Shown in pieces: positions 62,276 to 64,000 of a stretch of DNA of 64,000 nucleotides. The DNA comes from Camelus dromedarius (taxonomy: Eukaryota), in the NCBI RefSeq assembly GCF_036321535.1, contig NC_087437.1:86552001-86616000 (forward strand), given 5' to 3'. Below the pieces are notes generated by a model. The model saw nothing but the letters and a program-made list of their open reading frames with translations. It did no database searches and was not told the origin of the DNA. The position numbers and the translations under genes were made by a program. Position 1 is the stretch's first letter. Every line of letters starts with the position of its first letter.

Positions 62276-63694
62276 CACATTTTAACATACTCTATCAAAA
62301 TCAGTTTTGCCCACAGTAAGTGTATGTTTTATTTTTAAAAGTTGAAAAGAACCCACATTAAATGTATAATGGCAAAAAAAAAAAAAAGCCATCTCAGATC
62401 CCTCTTGTTTTAGATAATTTTGTATTTGTCAATACAGGAGAGTAATTTTATTCGAAGTACTAAAATAAAATGAGTGAAGGCTTAGGCTTTCCCTCTAGTT
62501 TAGGAATTACTTTAATTTCTCTTTGGTTTCATGCTTTCCCACAGGCAGTTTAGAATGTCACATACTCTTAGAGTAGACATGTTGTTCAGTGAAATTGTGC
62601 AAAACGTTCATGACAATCCTCATCTGAGACATAAACACTTCTTGTTTCCTGCTTGTGTTTTCAATAAAGCCGTATTATATCAAGCAAAATTACTCAGAAT
62701 ATGACTAAACACATGCTCTGCAAAGCAACATATAATAGAGCCATTTCCTTTAGTTGCATGAGAGAAAAAAATGCATGCTAAAAATTTCTTTAACTGATGG
62801 TCTCTGGGATTGAGTTATTAAGTTACCACTGAGCTCATCTCTACCAATTTTTATGACCCGTCCCAAGCTCTCTTTGCTTCTAGATCTTGCCCCTTTTGTT
62901 TTTTTCCATTTAAGATGTCCACGGTGCCTACTCTCTTTCCAATAATGATTTCCTTTCTTACTCTTCCTCTCAACTTCTCATTTTCCTTGTCTCCTCCATT
63001 GAGGGAGAGAAGGCACAAAGGAGGAAGTTATTTTGGCAAGTCCTACTCAGGCCAGGAAAAACAATTGTCTTCAAATTAATTGAGTAATATCCTAACCTTG
63101 ACTACTTTTCCCCTGATGGTCTCCAGGGAACAGCAAGTTCTGAAAAGATTCATTACCTCTTTAGATAGGTTTATACCTATTCACAGGGGAATCAATTTCC
63201 TAAAGTATTGACAAGAAAGATATATTCCCTCACATCCATTTTAATATATATTACTCAGAGGTTTAATTTTTAAAATGTTTATTATCATGAAATTCATGAG
63301 CAATATAGGCATTCTTTAAAGGTCAGCGGCTTCAGGTATCTTGATTGGTAAATCACACAGATTACCTAATAACATTTTAAATTCCTTTTGGATAGAGACC
63401 ATTTTTATTCTTCTTCTGAATATCTCAAAGTTTCGAGCATTCATCATAAAAGTTTGATAAATATACATTGAATTAAACTTAACCTGTCTCTTAACTAAAG
63501 AGAAATGTGTGAATCACAGAGATGGTATCTACTTTTGTTGAGAGAATGAAATGACCTGAGAGGAAGAAAAATGACAATGTTAGCCTATTATTGTCCTGTT
63601 AAAGCATAATTGATAGGTAGTTCCCCAGATCAGAAGCCAATAAAGTAATATAAGTGTAGCAAACAGGTGAACGTGCATTCTCTTTTTTTTGTCC

Positions 63695-64000
63695 AATTTT
63701 TAAAAACCATTTTATTTTAGAATAGGTTTCGTTTTACAGAAAATTCTTGTGTACCCATCACCTAGTTTCCCCTGTTTTAACATCTTGTATTCCTGTAGCA
63801 TATTTGTAACAACTAAAGCAATTAATTAAGACTATTTATTCATACTTAGTTCAGATTTCACTTTTTTTCCTAGTACTCTTTCTACTCTTGAATCCTTTCC
63901 AGGATACCATATTAAAATCAGTCATCTTGTCTCCTTAGTCTCCTCAGATACGTGACAGTTTCTGTCTTTCCTTGTTTTTGATGACCTTGACAGTTTTCAG
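63695..64000 (-). mobile_element. Old L1 3' UTR (L1MC/L1MD-like), continuing past the window end
   Basis: ttttattttagaataggtttcgttttacagaaaatt, cacctagtttcccctgttttaacatcttg and tttccttgtttttgatgaccttgacagtttt. Confidence 0.85.

Noticed and set aside
1-64000. CRISPR arrays, operons, rRNA, snRNA or processed pseudogenes, CpG island
   Set aside because: There is no regularly spaced repeat-spacer array, no long ORF clusters, no recognisable structural RNA or retrocopy, and no extended CpG-rich region. The sequence is mammalian and mostly non-coding.

Overview
This is AT-rich, CpG-depleted mammalian nuclear DNA, not prokaryotic. Two tRNA-derived SINEs (8490-8578 and 54560-54723) resemble the camelid Vic-1 family, so the source is probably alpaca, llama or camel. 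The window reads as intronic or intergenic sequence. Much of it is interspersed repeats: old and lineage-specific LINE-1 fragments, L2, MIR, MaLR/ERVL/ERV1 LTRs and hAT MER elements. There are four N gaps (6992-7126, 25009-25257, 25604-25745, 33310-33582). I could not recognise any protein-coding gene by name. Most ORF-track entries are chance ORFs, repeat remnants or gap artefacts. The best non-repeat leads are: a TATA box, strong-Kozak ATG and splice donor on the minus strand at about 52.9-53.0 kb, overlapping an inverted repeat; a repeat-free block at 32.1-33.8 kb with a plausible terminal exon on each strand; several single candidate exons; and a few motif clusters. The clearest structural observations are a probable twin-primed (5'-inverted) L1 and retroposon insertions with readable target-site duplications. 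Repeat family names come from recalled consensus sequences, not a database search. I found no evidence for a new multi-gene system.
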